Notes: generated by a model not told the origin, from the sequence alone. Counted from the first letter of the stretch, positions 49,553 through 59,109 are shown. The stretch is 64,000 nt of DNA from an uncultured Bacillota bacterium (GCA_949290645.1 CASESG010000006.1:23088-87087); one strand, 5' to 3'. Translations and numbers: made by a program.

Positions 49553-50470
49553 TCAGCGATAGAAGAAGCGGAGAAGCTCCTTCATGTACTCGTCCAGAGG
49601 CGCATAGAAGGCCATCCTCTGGAGCGTCCTGGGATGGAGAAAGGAGAGGGAGAAGGCGTGAAGGGCCTGTCCCTTATCGGCAAGAGGATTGGCCGTCTTG
49701 TTGTAGAGAGGGTCCCCGATTAAGGGATGGTGGATGTAGGCGAGATGGGCACGGATCTGATGGGTCCTTCCCGTGTCGAGCTTGCAGCGGAGCAAGGCGA
49801 CCTTGGATGTGGAGGAGAGGGTCGCAAAGTGCGTGATTGCCTCCTTTCCGCGGATGGGATCGACCATGGCCTTCCTCTGGCTGTGGTTTGGCCTTGTCAG
49901 AGGGGCGTCGACGCGGAAGAGATGATCCCGAACCTCTCCCTGGCAGAGGGCGAGGTAGAGCCTTTCGAACTCGTGCCGCCGGATCTCCTCCTGAAGGACG
50001 GATTGGCTCTCCTTGTTGAGGGCGACGACAAGAAGGCCGGAGGTGTCCTTGTCGATCCGATGGACGATCCCGGGCCGGATGTCTTCGCTCTCAGCAAGGT
50101 CGAAGTCGAAGTCCTCCTCCCGGGCGAGGTAGTTGACCAGGGTGTCGTCCTGATGTCCGGGTGCGGGATGGACGACGATTCCTCTTCTCTTGTTGATGAC
50201 GGCGATGTCATGGTCCTTGTAGACGAAGTCGAGCTCGTCCTCGCCCTCGGCCTTGCGGATGTCTTTTCTCTTCTCTTCCTTGCGGGGAAGAAGCAAGATC
50301 CTCTCCCCTCCCGAAAGTGGAAAGGAACAGCTGTTGACGGCCTTTCCGTCGACAAGGACAAGGCCGTCCCTAATGTCCTTTGCGACCCGGCTTCGGGACT
50401 GGCCGAGCTTGTCCTTTAAGACGACATCCAAGCGTCCCTTGCTCTCATTGAGGATTTCCTTGTTCTCCAT
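49553..50470 (-). CDS. rluD: RluA/RluD family pseudouridine synthase
   Basis: S4 domain, VHPAPGH, GIVHRIDKDTSG, TGRTHQIR, QALHA. Confidence 0.93.
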   Translation of the reverse strand: MENKEILNESKGRLDVVLKDKLGQSRSRVAKDIRDGLVLVDGKAVNSCSFPLSGGERILLLPRKEEKRKDIRKAEGEDELDFVYKDHDIAVINKRRGIVVHPAPGHQDDTLVNYLAREEDFDFDLAESEDIRPGIVHRIDKDTSGLLVVALNKESQSVLQEEIRRHEFERLYLALCQGEVRDHLFRVDAPLTRPNHSQRKAMVDPIRGKEAITHFATLSSTSKVALLRCKLDTGRTHQIRAHLAYIHHPLIGDPLYNKTANPLADKGQALHAFSLSFLHPRTLQRMAFYAPLDEYMKELLRFFYR

Positions 50471-51095
50471 CCGTGTTCTCCTTTTCCTTTTTTTCATCCG
50501 CATCCTTGATCTTGTCGATGTCGACGATCTCCAGCTCCTTCTTCTTGTCGGCCATCTGGCTCTTGATGAGCTGAATCAGGTAGTAGACAAGAAGGATCGC
50601 GATACCGATCGTCAGGTAGCTGTCGGCGAGGTTGAAGACCGGAAAATCGGTCCAGAAGGCAAACTGAAGGAAGTCCACGACTCCCCGGGAATAGATGCCA
50701 AGTCCCGCCCAATAGCCGATGCGATCGATGAGGTTTCCATACGAGCCCGCAACGATCAAGGCCAAGGCCAAGGAGACCGTCTTCGGAAGCTTGGAAAAGC
50801 GGAAGAGATAGAAGATCAGGACACCGCTTCCTATGGCAAAGGAAAGCAGGGTCAGAAGCCATTTCTGATCGGAGAGCATCCCCCAGGCCGCTCCGTTGTT
50901 GAAGGCGAGGACGAAGTTGAAAAGGCCCGGTATCGCTCCCAAGACATTGCCCTCGGAGGAGAGATGGACATAGGCGAAGTACTTGCTGAGGATGTCCAGG
51001 ACGACAAGAAGGACAAGAAAAGCGGTGAAGGACAGAAAGTAGGGAAGTTCCTTCTTCGAGAGAGAATCCCGGATGCCGAGGAAGAACTTCTTCAC
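50445..51095 (-). CDS. lspA: Lipoprotein signal peptidase II
   Basis: NNGAAWG, GNLIDR, VVDFL, VFNLADS; GTG start overlapping the ileS stop. Confidence 0.93.
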   Translation of the reverse strand: MKKFFLGIRDSLSKKELPYFLSFTAFLVLLVVLDILSKYFAYVHLSSEGNVLGAIPGLFNFVLAFNNGAAWGMLSDQKWLLTLLSFAIGSGVLIFYLFRFSKLPKTVSLALALIVAGSYGNLIDRIGYWAGLGIYSRGVVDFLQFAFWTDFPVFNLADSYLTIGIAILLVYYLIQLIKSQMADKKKELEIVDIDKIKDADEKKEKENTDGEQGNPQ

Positions 51096-53821
51096 TTGTC
51101 CGCTCCTTCGATGGCCTGCTTGCAGCGCGGGCAGAGATGGGCGCCGTCCACTTCCTCGAGTTCGTCGAAGTAGTTCCAGCAGCGGTCGCACCTCTTTCCC
51201 TCGTGATGCTTGGCCAAGGACTTGTCGCTCACCTGGAAGGAGGAGACGATCAGGATGGTCTGCATGTCCTTCTCCCCGATCTTCTCGATCAGCTTTCTCT
51301 CCTTGTCCGACTCCGGACGGTAGAGAACCATTGCCTCGCTGGAGGAGCCGATCTCGCCATCCTTGCGCAGAGGCTCAAGCAGGCTGTTGACGTGGCTTCT
51401 CAGCTCGAGCAGGAGCTGATAGTCCTCGCTGAGCTCTTTCTCCGGAAGTCCGAGTTCCGGATAGTCCTCAAGGGCGATACTCTCCTTTCTCTCGGGGATG
51501 TCCAAGGTGTCGTAAATCTCCTCCGTGGTGAAGGGGAGGATGGGAGAGAGGGCGATGGCCAGAGACTTCGCAATGGTGTAGAGGACGTACTGGAAGCTTC
51601 TTCTCTCCTGTGAATCCTTCTTGTCGCAATAGAGGATGTCTTTTCCGAAATCCAAGGCAAAGGAGGAAAGATCGTTGATCATGAAATTCGTCAGGGCGTT
51701 GCAACTCTTGGAGAAGTTGTAGCTCTCGTATCCGCTCTTCATCTCCAAGAGGACTTCCTTCAGCCGGTTCAGAAGCAGACTCTCGACTTCCGAAAGCTTG
51801 GAAGGGACGTAATGAGGATCGAAAGCGTGTCCTTCATCGTCGTCCAGAAGGTTGGAGAGAAGGAACTTGAAGGTGTTGCGGATCTTGCGGTATTCCTCGC
51901 TGACGATCTTCAGCAGCTCATTGGAGAGCTTGATCTCCGCCGTGGAATAGTCGATCGTCGTCGCCCAAAGGCGCAGGATGTCCGCCCCGAAGTTCTTGCA
52001 GATCGTCTCGGGGTCGATGCCGTTCTTCTTGCTCTTGGAGAACTTCTCTCCGTTCTGGTCGACGAGGAAGCCGTGGGTGACGATGGCCTTGTAGGGCCTT
52101 TCGCCATGGGTGGCGACCGCGAGGATCATCGAGGAATTGTACCAGCCGCGGTATTGATCGTTTCCCTCGAGATAGAGGTCGGCGGGGAAAGGATGCCCCA
52201 AGGCGATGCCCGAGCCCAAGAAGGAAGAGCCAGAGTCGAACCAGACATCCATGATGTCCTTCTCCTTGGTGAAGGTCCCGTTGGGGGAGTGCGGAGAGTG
52301 ATAGCCTTCCGGCATCAGGTCCTTGACTTCCCATTCATACCAGATGTCGCTTCCGTGCTCACGGACGAGTTCGATGACATGGTCGAAGAGGGCCTTGTCC
52401 AAAAGCGGTTCCCCGTCCTCGCCATAGAAGATCGGAATCGGAACGCCCCAAAGGCGCTGCCTCGAGATGCACCAGTCGTCGCGGTTGGAGAGCATGTTGA
52501 CCAATCTCGCCTTGCCCCAGGAAGGAAGGAATTCCACCTTCTTCGCTTCCTCGACCAGCTTGTCCTTGATGCGGTCGATGGAGCAGAACCACTGCTTGGT
52601 CGCGCGGAAGATCGTCGGTTTCTTCGTCCTCCAGTCGTGGGGATAGGAATGGACGATGTCCTCTTCCTTGAGCAGGGAGCCGTTTCTCATCAGGATCTCC
52701 AGAACCTTGTCGTTGCATTCCTCATAGAAGAGACCCTGAAGCTCCGGCCCGGCCTCCTTGGTCATGTATCCTCTCTCGTCGACCGGGCAGAGCGGAGGAA
52801 GGTTGTAGCGCTTGCCGACGCGATAGTCGTCCTCGCCATGTCCCGGTGCGATGTGGACGCAACCAGTGCCGGAATCGCTGGTGACATATTCGTCGGTGAT
52901 GACGATCGAATCGCGGTCGTAGAAAGGATGCTTGCAGACGACCCCCTCTAGTTCCTGTCCCAGGAAAGTCTTGACTTCCTCCATCCGAGAGAAGGATAGC
53001 TTCATCATCAGGGGATCGGCCAAGTCCCTGAGCAGGACGAAAAGGCCCTTGTCCGTGCGATAAAGGCCATAGGTCAGACGCGGATTGACACAGATCGCAA
53101 GGTTGGCCGGAAGAGTCCAGGGAGTCGTCGTCCAGATGACGAAGCTCGCCTCCGAAGGAAGGATTCCGTGCCCGTCCTTGATCGGGAAACGGACATAAAT
53201 CGTTTTCGCCGTCACGTCCTTGTACTCGATCTCCGCTTCCGCCAGGGCCGATTCGCTCGAAGGAGACCAGTTGACCGGCTTGAGACCCTTGTAGATCAAT
53301 CCGGACAGGGCCATGTCGCGGAAGATCTCCAGCTGGTGGGATTCATAGACCGGGTCGAGCGTCAGATAAGGATGCTCATAGTCCCCGACAAGGCCCAAGG
53401 AAAGCATCTGCTTCCTCTGGCGGTCGACCTGTCCGAGAGCGTACTCCCGGCACTTGCGACGGAACTCCGCCGGCGGAGTCACTCGGCGGTCGACACCGCT
53501 CTTGGTCACGCAAAGCTCGATCGGCAAGCCGTGGCAATCCCAGCCCGGAGTATAGGGGACATCGTTTCCGATCAGGTTGTGATAGCGGATGATCATGTCC
53601 TTGAGGATCTTGTTCAGGGCATGTCCGGCGTGGATTTCGTTGTTGGCATACGGCGGTCCGTCGTGGAGATAGAAGGGTCTCTTGCCTGCGTTCTTCTCCC
53701 TCAATTTCTCATAAAGGTGGATGGACTGCCAATGTTGGACCAAAAGAGGTTCCTTCTGGGGGAGGTTGGCCCGCATCGGGAACTTTCCTTTGGGCATGGT
53801 CAGCGTCTTTTTCAATTCCAT
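51092..53821 (-). CDS. ileS: Isoleucine--tRNA ligase (type 1)
   Basis: HDGPPYAN/HAGH, WTTTPWTLP, WCISRQR, KFSKS, C-terminal CDRCW...CPRC. Confidence 0.98.
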   Translation of the reverse strand: MELKKTLTMPKGKFPMRANLPQKEPLLVQHWQSIHLYEKLREKNAGKRPFYLHDGPPYANNEIHAGHALNKILKDMIIRYHNLIGNDVPYTPGWDCHGLPIELCVTKSGVDRRVTPPAEFRRKCREYALGQVDRQRKQMLSLGLVGDYEHPYLTLDPVYESHQLEIFRDMALSGLIYKGLKPVNWSPSSESALAEAEIEYKDVTAKTIYVRFPIKDGHGILPSEASFVIWTTTPWTLPANLAICVNPRLTYGLYRTDKGLFVLLRDLADPLMMKLSFSRMEEVKTFLGQELEGVVCKHPFYDRDSIVITDEYVTSDSGTGCVHIAPGHGEDDYRVGKRYNLPPLCPVDERGYMTKEAGPELQGLFYEECNDKVLEILMRNGSLLKEEDIVHSYPHDWRTKKPTIFRATKQWFCSIDRIKDKLVEEAKKVEFLPSWGKARLVNMLSNRDDWCISRQRLWGVPIPIFYGEDGEPLLDKALFDHVIELVREHGSDIWYEWEVKDLMPEGYHSPHSPNGTFTKEKDIMDVWFDSGSSFLGSGIALGHPFPADLYLEGNDQYRGWYNSSMILAVATHGERPYKAIVTHGFLVDQNGEKFSKSKKNGIDPETICKNFGADILRLWATTIDYSTAEIKLSNELLKIVSEEYRKIRNTFKFLLSNLLDDDEGHAFDPHYVPSKLSEVESLLLNRLKEVLLEMKSGYESYNFSKSCNALTNFMINDLSSFALDFGKDILYCDKKDSQERRSFQYVLYTIAKSLAIALSPILPFTTEEIYDTLDIPERKESIALEDYPELGLPEKELSEDYQLLLELRSHVNSLLEPLRKDGEIGSSSEAMVLYRPESDKERKLIEKIGEKDMQTILIVSSFQVSDKSLAKHHEGKRCDRCWNYFDELEEVDGAHLCPRCKQAIEGADK

Positions 53822-53844
53822 AGAATGCCTCCGGGTTTCATACG

Positions 53845-53872
53845 AAAAAAACAGGCAGCAGAGCTGCCTGTC
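53845..53872 (-). terminator. Hairpin plus U-tract upstream of ileS
   Basis: Minus strand GACAGGCAGC-TCT-GCTGCCTGTT followed by TTTT; may terminate the hydrolase transcript or act as an ileS leader element. Confidence 0.6.
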
Positions 53873-53907
53873 TATTATAGAGAAATTCTCTTGCCTTGGA
53901 AAGGGAA

Positions 53908-54831
53908 TCACACCGCCCCCTGGTCTTCCTTGCGCTCCCTTTCGTAGTCGGGATCGAGCTCGGCGAAGATCTCCTGGAAGGTCGGGATCGGATTTCCGTC
54001 CTCATCCAGGGCGACCTTCTCCTTCCTCTCGATCATCGGCTGGACCTCCGCCGAAAGAAGGTGCGGAGTCCCGAAGGCAAAGGAGAGGATGTCCTCGAAG
54101 ACGATCCCGTTGTCCCTTGCGTTCTTCAGGATGCCGTGATTCATACCCGGATAGACATAGAGCAAGGTCCTTTCCTTTCCGCAAGAGCGAATCTTCTTGA
54201 TGGAGTGCATCGTGGAGAGCTCATCGTCCTCTCCGTGGATGAGGAGGGTGTCGCAAGTGACCTTGCGATAGCTCCCTCGGCAGGAGAGAACCGAGCGGAG
54301 GATGGAGAGGAGAAGGCCAATCATCCCCCTGGTCGTCTCCCTTCCCATGGCCTTGGCGATCGCCGGCCCGTATTTCTTGGTCAGCCTCCGGAACTTCAGG
54401 ACATACTGGATATAGCCGGCGATCATGTTGTTGACGATCGTGTCATAGACCGGGGCGACCAGGATCAGCTTCCGAATCTTGGGATGGCGGGATTGTATCT
54501 TCGCCGCCAAGGCCGCGGAGAAGGAATATCCCATCAGGACGATGTCGACATCCTGTTTCTCGTATTCCTCGATCTTCTGCTCGAGAATCCTCTCGTAGAG
54601 ATGGGCGTGATGGGTCTTGGGTTCGGAAGGAAGGAAAAGCTGGACCGGGACGATCTCGCAGTTGGGGAAATCCTTGGCGAAGTTCTTTTCGAAGTATTCG
54701 TGCATCGCCGTGGAATCGTGGATATCGGCGTTCTGAAAGCCGTTGGTGCACAGAAGCACCGTCTTCCTCTCCGCCTTGGAGAAGTCGAATCCCGGATTTT
54801 TCTCTTTGATCACTTTAGCTTCCATTTTCAT
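53908..54831 (-). CDS. Alpha/beta hydrolase
   Basis: GYSFS nucleophile elbow, LLIHGEDD, YPGMNH. Confidence 0.8.
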   Translation of the reverse strand: MKMEAKVIKEKNPGFDFSKAERKTVLLCTNGFQNADIHDSTAMHEYFEKNFAKDFPNCEIVPVQLFLPSEPKTHHAHLYERILEQKIEEYEKQDVDIVLMGYSFSAALAAKIQSRHPKIRKLILVAPVYDTIVNNMIAGYIQYVLKFRRLTKKYGPAIAKAMGRETTRGMIGLLLSILRSVLSCRGSYRKVTCDTLLIHGEDDELSTMHSIKKIRSCGKERTLLYVYPGMNHGILKNARDNGIVFEDILSFAFGTPHLLSAEVQPMIERKEKVALDEDGNPIPTFQEIFAELDPDYERERKEDQGAV

Positions 54832-55544
54832 CACTCCTTCGAATAATGGTAGAGAAAGATCGAGCATGCGATCGCAACATTGAGAGAGTCGATGTTGTCC
54901 ATCTTGATGCGGAGCTTCTCCCCGAGGTTGCGGTTTTCCTCCCGAATCCCGTGCCCTTCGTTTCCAAAGGCGAGGACAAAGGGTCGGGAAAGAGTCTTAA
55001 CCTCTTCCATGTCCCTTCCGTCCAGAGTCGTCAGATAGATGGAGTAGCCTTCCTTCTTGAGCTTGGAAAGGCTCACCTTCCGGAAGGGAAGGGCGAACAG
55101 GGCCCCCTTGGTGCTCTGAATCGCTTTCTTATTATAGACAGAGACGCAATCCTCGGAAAGGGCAATCCCGGTGTAGGAGAAGGCCAAGGCCGTGCGGAGG
55201 ATGGTTCCGAGGTTTCCGGGATCCTGGATGCCGTCGAGATAGACGACCTTCGCCCCCAAATCCTGGCTCTCCTTCTTCTGGCAGAGGGAGAGGCACTTGG
55301 GAAGGGACTGATAGCTCGAGAGGCTCTTGTAGAGATTTTCCCGCAGATAGAGGACATCCGGAAAGTCCGTCTCGAAGGAAGAGCCTTCCGGAAGGATCAA
55401 AGTCTTGAGACAGTCATGCTTGCGGCTTTCCTCGTAGAAGTCTTCCCCCTCGGCCAAGAAAAGGCCTTCCTCGTAGTTCCCCTTCTGGAGCCGGAGAAGC
55501 TCCTTGTAGGTGTTGTTGTCCCGACTATCGATAGTTTTCTTCAT
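54831..55544 (-). CDS. TrmH/SpoU family RNA methyltransferase
   Basis: QDPGNLGTILRTA, FGNEGHGI, DSLNVAIA. Confidence 0.92.
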   Translation of the reverse strand: MKKTIDSRDNNTYKELLRLQKGNYEEGLFLAEGEDFYEESRKHDCLKTLILPEGSSFETDFPDVLYLRENLYKSLSSYQSLPKCLSLCQKKESQDLGAKVVYLDGIQDPGNLGTILRTALAFSYTGIALSEDCVSVYNKKAIQSTKGALFALPFRKVSLSKLKKEGYSIYLTTLDGRDMEEVKTLSRPFVLAFGNEGHGIREENRNLGEKLRIKMDNIDSLNVAIACSIFLYHYSKE

Positions 55545-56223
55545 CTTTCTCTCCTTCGAAATATCCATTCTTCAGAAAGGCATTCTGAGTCGCATAATCC
55601 GGGTCATGAAGGTTCAGGATGCGGTAGAAGCGCTTGTCATGTCCCTTGACGACAAGATGCGTGACTTCGTGATAGAGCAGGGAATCGAGAATCTCCTTGC
55701 GGAAGGCAAAGGTCCGAAGGTCGAACTTGAGCTTCTTCTTCGTCGGAAAACAGCATCCGAAGTAGGAGCCGAAGAAGCCGACCCCGAGACAATATTGCGA
55801 CAGGTCCAGATCGTATTCCTTCCCGATTTCGACAAGACGCTCTCTCAGATAGGAAAGGAACATCGAGCGATAGCGAGTCAGAGGCGTCTTCGCCGTTTTG
55901 GAATAGTAGAAGTACTCCGGATCGTCCTTCTTCCGCACATCCTGGGTCAGCTTCTTCCTCTGTCCCAGAAGGTAGATATACTGCCCCTCCTGGTAGAAAG
56001 GTCGGTTGACCATCACGTGCTTCGGGGAGGAGCAGACCTTGCGGACAAGATCCATCATCGCTTTCTCCTCCGTGAAGCGGTGGGCCAGAAGAGAGAGCTC
56101 CCCATATTGGACACGAGCGGAAAGGCGATAGCTCGGGCGTGGATTGAGATAGACCTTCACGTCGAAGCGCTCTCCCCTCCCGTCCGTGCAGGAGAGAACC
56201 TTCAACACTTTGCGCTTGGACAT
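55525..56223 (-). CDS. YgjP/DUF45-like zinc metallohydrolase
   Basis: YHEVTH...HDKRFY motif. Confidence 0.8.
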   Translation of the reverse strand: MSKRKVLKVLSCTDGRGERFDVKVYLNPRPSYRLSARVQYGELSLLAHRFTEEKAMMDLVRKVCSSPKHVMVNRPFYQEGQYIYLLGQRKKLTQDVRKKDDPEYFYYSKTAKTPLTRYRSMFLSYLRERLVEIGKEYDLDLSQYCLGVGFFGSYFGCCFPTKKKLKFDLRTFAFRKEILDSLLYHEVTHLVVKGHDKRFYRILNLHDPDYATQNAFLKNGYFEGEKDEENYR

Positions 56224-56286
56224 ACGAATCTATTTTAATTTCTCTTGCTTTCCAAAGAAAGGGTTGATATACTCTATGAGCTGTTT

Positions 56287-56370
<84 letters not shown>

Positions 56371-56382
56371 TCTTATAACTAA

Positions 56383-56413
56383 CATTTTGATACAAAGTAA
56401 GGGTCTCAAAATG
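56383..56413. repeat. Imperfect inverted repeat, att-like
   Basis: CATTTTGATAC-aaagtaagg-GTCTCAAAATG (10 of 11 positions match), 12 bp after the tRNA end. Confidence 0.6.
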
Positions 56414-56424
56414 AGTCGATATTT

Positions 56425-56447
56425 GCTCGAGAAATCGGGCATTTTTT
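56425..56447 (+). terminator. Terminator downstream of tRNA-Leu
   Basis: GCTCGA-GAAA-TCGGGC followed by ATTTTTT. Confidence 0.7.
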
Positions 56448-56453
56448 CATTTT

Positions 56454-56590
56454 AAGCGTTTTGCTAGTAGAGAAAAATTGATTTGAATCTACGGATTTTA
56501 GAATTTTGGTTCTACTAGCTAAACGAAACCCTTACTAGAGAAACGTTAGGCTACTAGAAAAACGAAACCCTACTAGATAAATGACACCCC
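56454..56590. repeat. Array of 19-20 bp TACTAG-anchored repeats (4 direct, 1 inverted)
   Basis: 56513 TACTAGCTAAACGAAACCCT; 56533 TACTAGAGAAACGTTAGGC; 56552 TACTAGAAAAACGAAACCC; 56571 TACTAGATAAATGACACCC; minus strand from 56469 TACTAGCAAAACGCTT. Confidence 0.85.
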
Positions 56591-56659
56591 CTAAAAATTA
56601 AAGATATGACTGAAATAAATGCCTTTTGAAGTTCTAAAGACTTTGAGAGGTGTTTATAA

Positions 56660-57751
56660 ATGATCAAAGTTATAGAACTTTTTGCGGGTATAGGAAGCCA
56701 AAGAGAAGCATTAAAAAGAGCCAATATCGAACATGAAATAGTGGCAATCAGTGAAAATGATAAATTCGCTATTAAGGCTTATGAATTACTTCACGGGCCA
56801 ACTAACAATCTTGATGATATAAGAGAAATAGAAAGATTACCAAAAGCTGATTTATGGACCTATTCATTTCCATGCACTGATATTTCTCTTGCAGGAAAAA
56901 TGAAAGGTTTTGATAAGGGCAGTAATACCCATTCATCGCTTTTATGGGAAGTCCAAAGATTGCTTGAGGTAGCAAAAGAAAATGATGAACTTCCTAAATA
57001 TTTATTGATGGAGAATGTGAAGAACATAGTTTCAAAGAAATTCATGCCATTGTTTCAAGTGTGGTTAGACTATCTTGATTCATTAGGCTACAAAAACTTT
57101 TATAAGGTTCTTAACGCCAAAGACTATGGCATACCTCAAAATCGAGAACGATGTTTCATGATTTCAATTAGAGATAAGAACGCACACTATGAGTTTCCAA
57201 AACCTATCCCTTTAACTAAAAAGCTTGCAGATCTATTAGAAAACGATGTTGATGAGACATATTTTCTTAGTGAAAAGCTCATCACTTGCTTTACTGATAT
57301 GAGCGATAGGCATGGACTCATTCGTGGATTGAGATTTAGACCGAAATATATGAATGAAACTGACTATGCTTTTGCTATCACTACTCACGCTGGTTATAGA
57401 CCGACTGACAATTACATCATCATTCCTCAAGCAACCAAGGAAGGTTATGAACTAGCGAGTGTCGGAGATGGTGTTTATACAAACCGATGTCAATATAAAA
57501 GAGGAGTGGTTCAAAGATCGGTGATTCCTACCATCAAAACATCAGTTAGTGATATAGGAGTAGTCGCTAATGATAAAGATGAACTTATATCTATTCGAAG
57601 ACTAACGCCCAGAGAGTGCTGGAGACTTATGGGCTGGTATGATGATGAAATAGATAAAGTTATTAATGAGTTTAGTAACACTCAACTTTATAAGATGGCA
57701 GGTAATTCTATAGTAGTGAATTCACTTAAATTAATTGTGAAAAGCCTTTAA
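56660..57751 (+). CDS. DNA (cytosine-5)-methyltransferase 1
   Basis: ELFAGIG, YSFPCTD, MENV, PQNRER, RRLTPRECWRLMG, AGNSIVV. Confidence 0.95.
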   Translation: MIKVIELFAGIGSQREALKRANIEHEIVAISENDKFAIKAYELLHGPTNNLDDIREIERLPKADLWTYSFPCTDISLAGKMKGFDKGSNTHSSLLWEVQRLLEVAKENDELPKYLLMENVKNIVSKKFMPLFQVWLDYLDSLGYKNFYKVLNAKDYGIPQNRERCFMISIRDKNAHYEFPKPIPLTKKLADLLENDVDETYFLSEKLITCFTDMSDRHGLIRGLRFRPKYMNETDYAFAITTHAGYRPTDNYIIIPQATKEGYELASVGDGVYTNRCQYKRGVVQRSVIPTIKTSVSDIGVVANDKDELISIRRLTPRECWRLMGWYDDEIDKVINEFSNTQLYKMAGNSIVVNSLKLIVKSL

Positions 57752-57784
57752 TATGCATATTTTTGAATAATTTTCAAATTTTCC

Positions 57785-57814
57785 ATGTTATAAAATGCTA
57801 TAAAATGTTATAAT
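57785..57814 (+). promoter_or_regulatory. Three tandem 10-bp repeats ending in an extended -10 box
   Basis: ATGTTATAAA ATGCTATAAA ATGTTATAAT, 17 bp before the HTH-MTase ATG. Confidence 0.65.
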
Positions 57815-57831
57815 GTCATTTGGGTGATTAT

Positions 57832-59097
57832 ATGATATTAAAAGATAAAATAACTTATATAAGAGCACATCTAAATTTAACGCAAGAAGAATTGGCAAAG
57901 GAAATGGGTGTTTCTTTTGCGACAATTAATCGTTGGGAAACTGGAAAAAATAATCCAACCAAAAAAACGCAGCAACAATTAGATACTTTTTGCTCCCAGC
58001 ACAATATTATTTTGCCAGACGAAAAAGTTCTCAGAGTATTTGAGGGATTTGCTGGATATGGTGGGGGAAGTTTTGCTCTAAAACGTGTTCAAAATCTACA
58101 TCCAAATTTTAAGTATGATGTTGTTGGCTATTCTGAAATAGATAAATATGCTTGTGAACTTTATGATGCAAATCATAGGGATGCAAGCGGGCGACTTATT
58201 ACTAACTTTGGCGATATAACTATAATTGATCCAACATCTCCGTCATTCCCTGATTTTGATATTTTTATGGGTGGTTTCCCTTGCCAACCATTTTCAACTG
58301 CCGGAATGCAAAAAGGAGAAGATGATCCTTATGGTCGTGGAACTCTATTTCAACACATTATAAGAATATGCGCCGTTAAAAAACCACGCTATATTTTAAT
58401 GGAAAATGTAAAAGGCCTTCTTTCTAAAAAATTTGATGCCACTAGAGCATTAATGATTAAACTCTTAAGAGAAATTGGATATGTCAAGGACAAAAACAAT
58501 CCTAATGAATCTCCAATTGCTTATGCGGTATTAAATAGTAAGGATTATGGAATTCCTCAAAATAGAGAACGTGTATGGATGTTCGCTCGCCTCGGTGGCT
58601 TGCCTGATAATTTTAGTGTTGAACCACCTCAAAGAAAAAATGACCTAAAAATGGCAGATTTTTTAGATCCAGAAGGATATGTTCCTAAAGAAATGTATCT
58701 TTCTAAAAAGCAAATTGATCATTTAAAGGTAAAACATAATATTCCAAGTTTTAAGGTGGATACCCCACTTTGCCTAGATATTTATAATAAAAAAATCAAA
58801 TATGATGGTTATTCTATTACTATCACTTTGCCTGAACACAATAGTTTAAGAGTAATTGAAGCCCATAAAAATCGAGAAGTCGTAAGAAAAATGTCTGTAA
58901 CTGAGCAATTTAGACTAATGGGACTAGAAGGTCTCAAAGGTGTTGGTAGAAAAGTTGATATTGATTTTAATGGACAATCTTATACTCAGTTGTCTAGACG
59001 TGCCGGCAATGGCTGGGATGTAAATTTAGTAACCATTCTTTTAGAATATATATTGAATCAGCTTCAGAATTTAGATTTTGATTTGTTTGACTTTTAG
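57832..59097 (+). CDS. XRE-HTH fused DNA (cytosine-5)-methyltransferase 2
   Basis: LTQEELAKEMGVSFATINRWETGK, then EGFAGYGG, GGFPCQ, ENV, PQNRER, AGNG. Confidence 0.93.
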   Translation: MILKDKITYIRAHLNLTQEELAKEMGVSFATINRWETGKNNPTKKTQQQLDTFCSQHNIILPDEKVLRVFEGFAGYGGGSFALKRVQNLHPNFKYDVVGYSEIDKYACELYDANHRDASGRLITNFGDITIIDPTSPSFPDFDIFMGGFPCQPFSTAGMQKGEDDPYGRGTLFQHIIRICAVKKPRYILMENVKGLLSKKFDATRALMIKLLREIGYVKDKNNPNESPIAYAVLNSKDYGIPQNRERVWMFARLGGLPDNFSVEPPQRKNDLKMADFLDPEGYVPKEMYLSKKQIDHLKVKHNIPSFKVDTPLCLDIYNKKIKYDGYSITITLPEHNSLRVIEAHKNREVVRKMSVTEQFRLMGLEGLKGVGRKVDIDFNGQSYTQLSRRAGNGWDVNLVTILLEYILNQLQNLDFDLFDF

Positions 59098-59109
59098 GAG
59101 GTAGAAGCG

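Noticed and set aside
56513-56590. CRISPR array interpretation of the TACTAG repeats
   Set aside because: The period is only 19-20 bp, there are no unique spacers of CRISPR length and no cas genes in the window.
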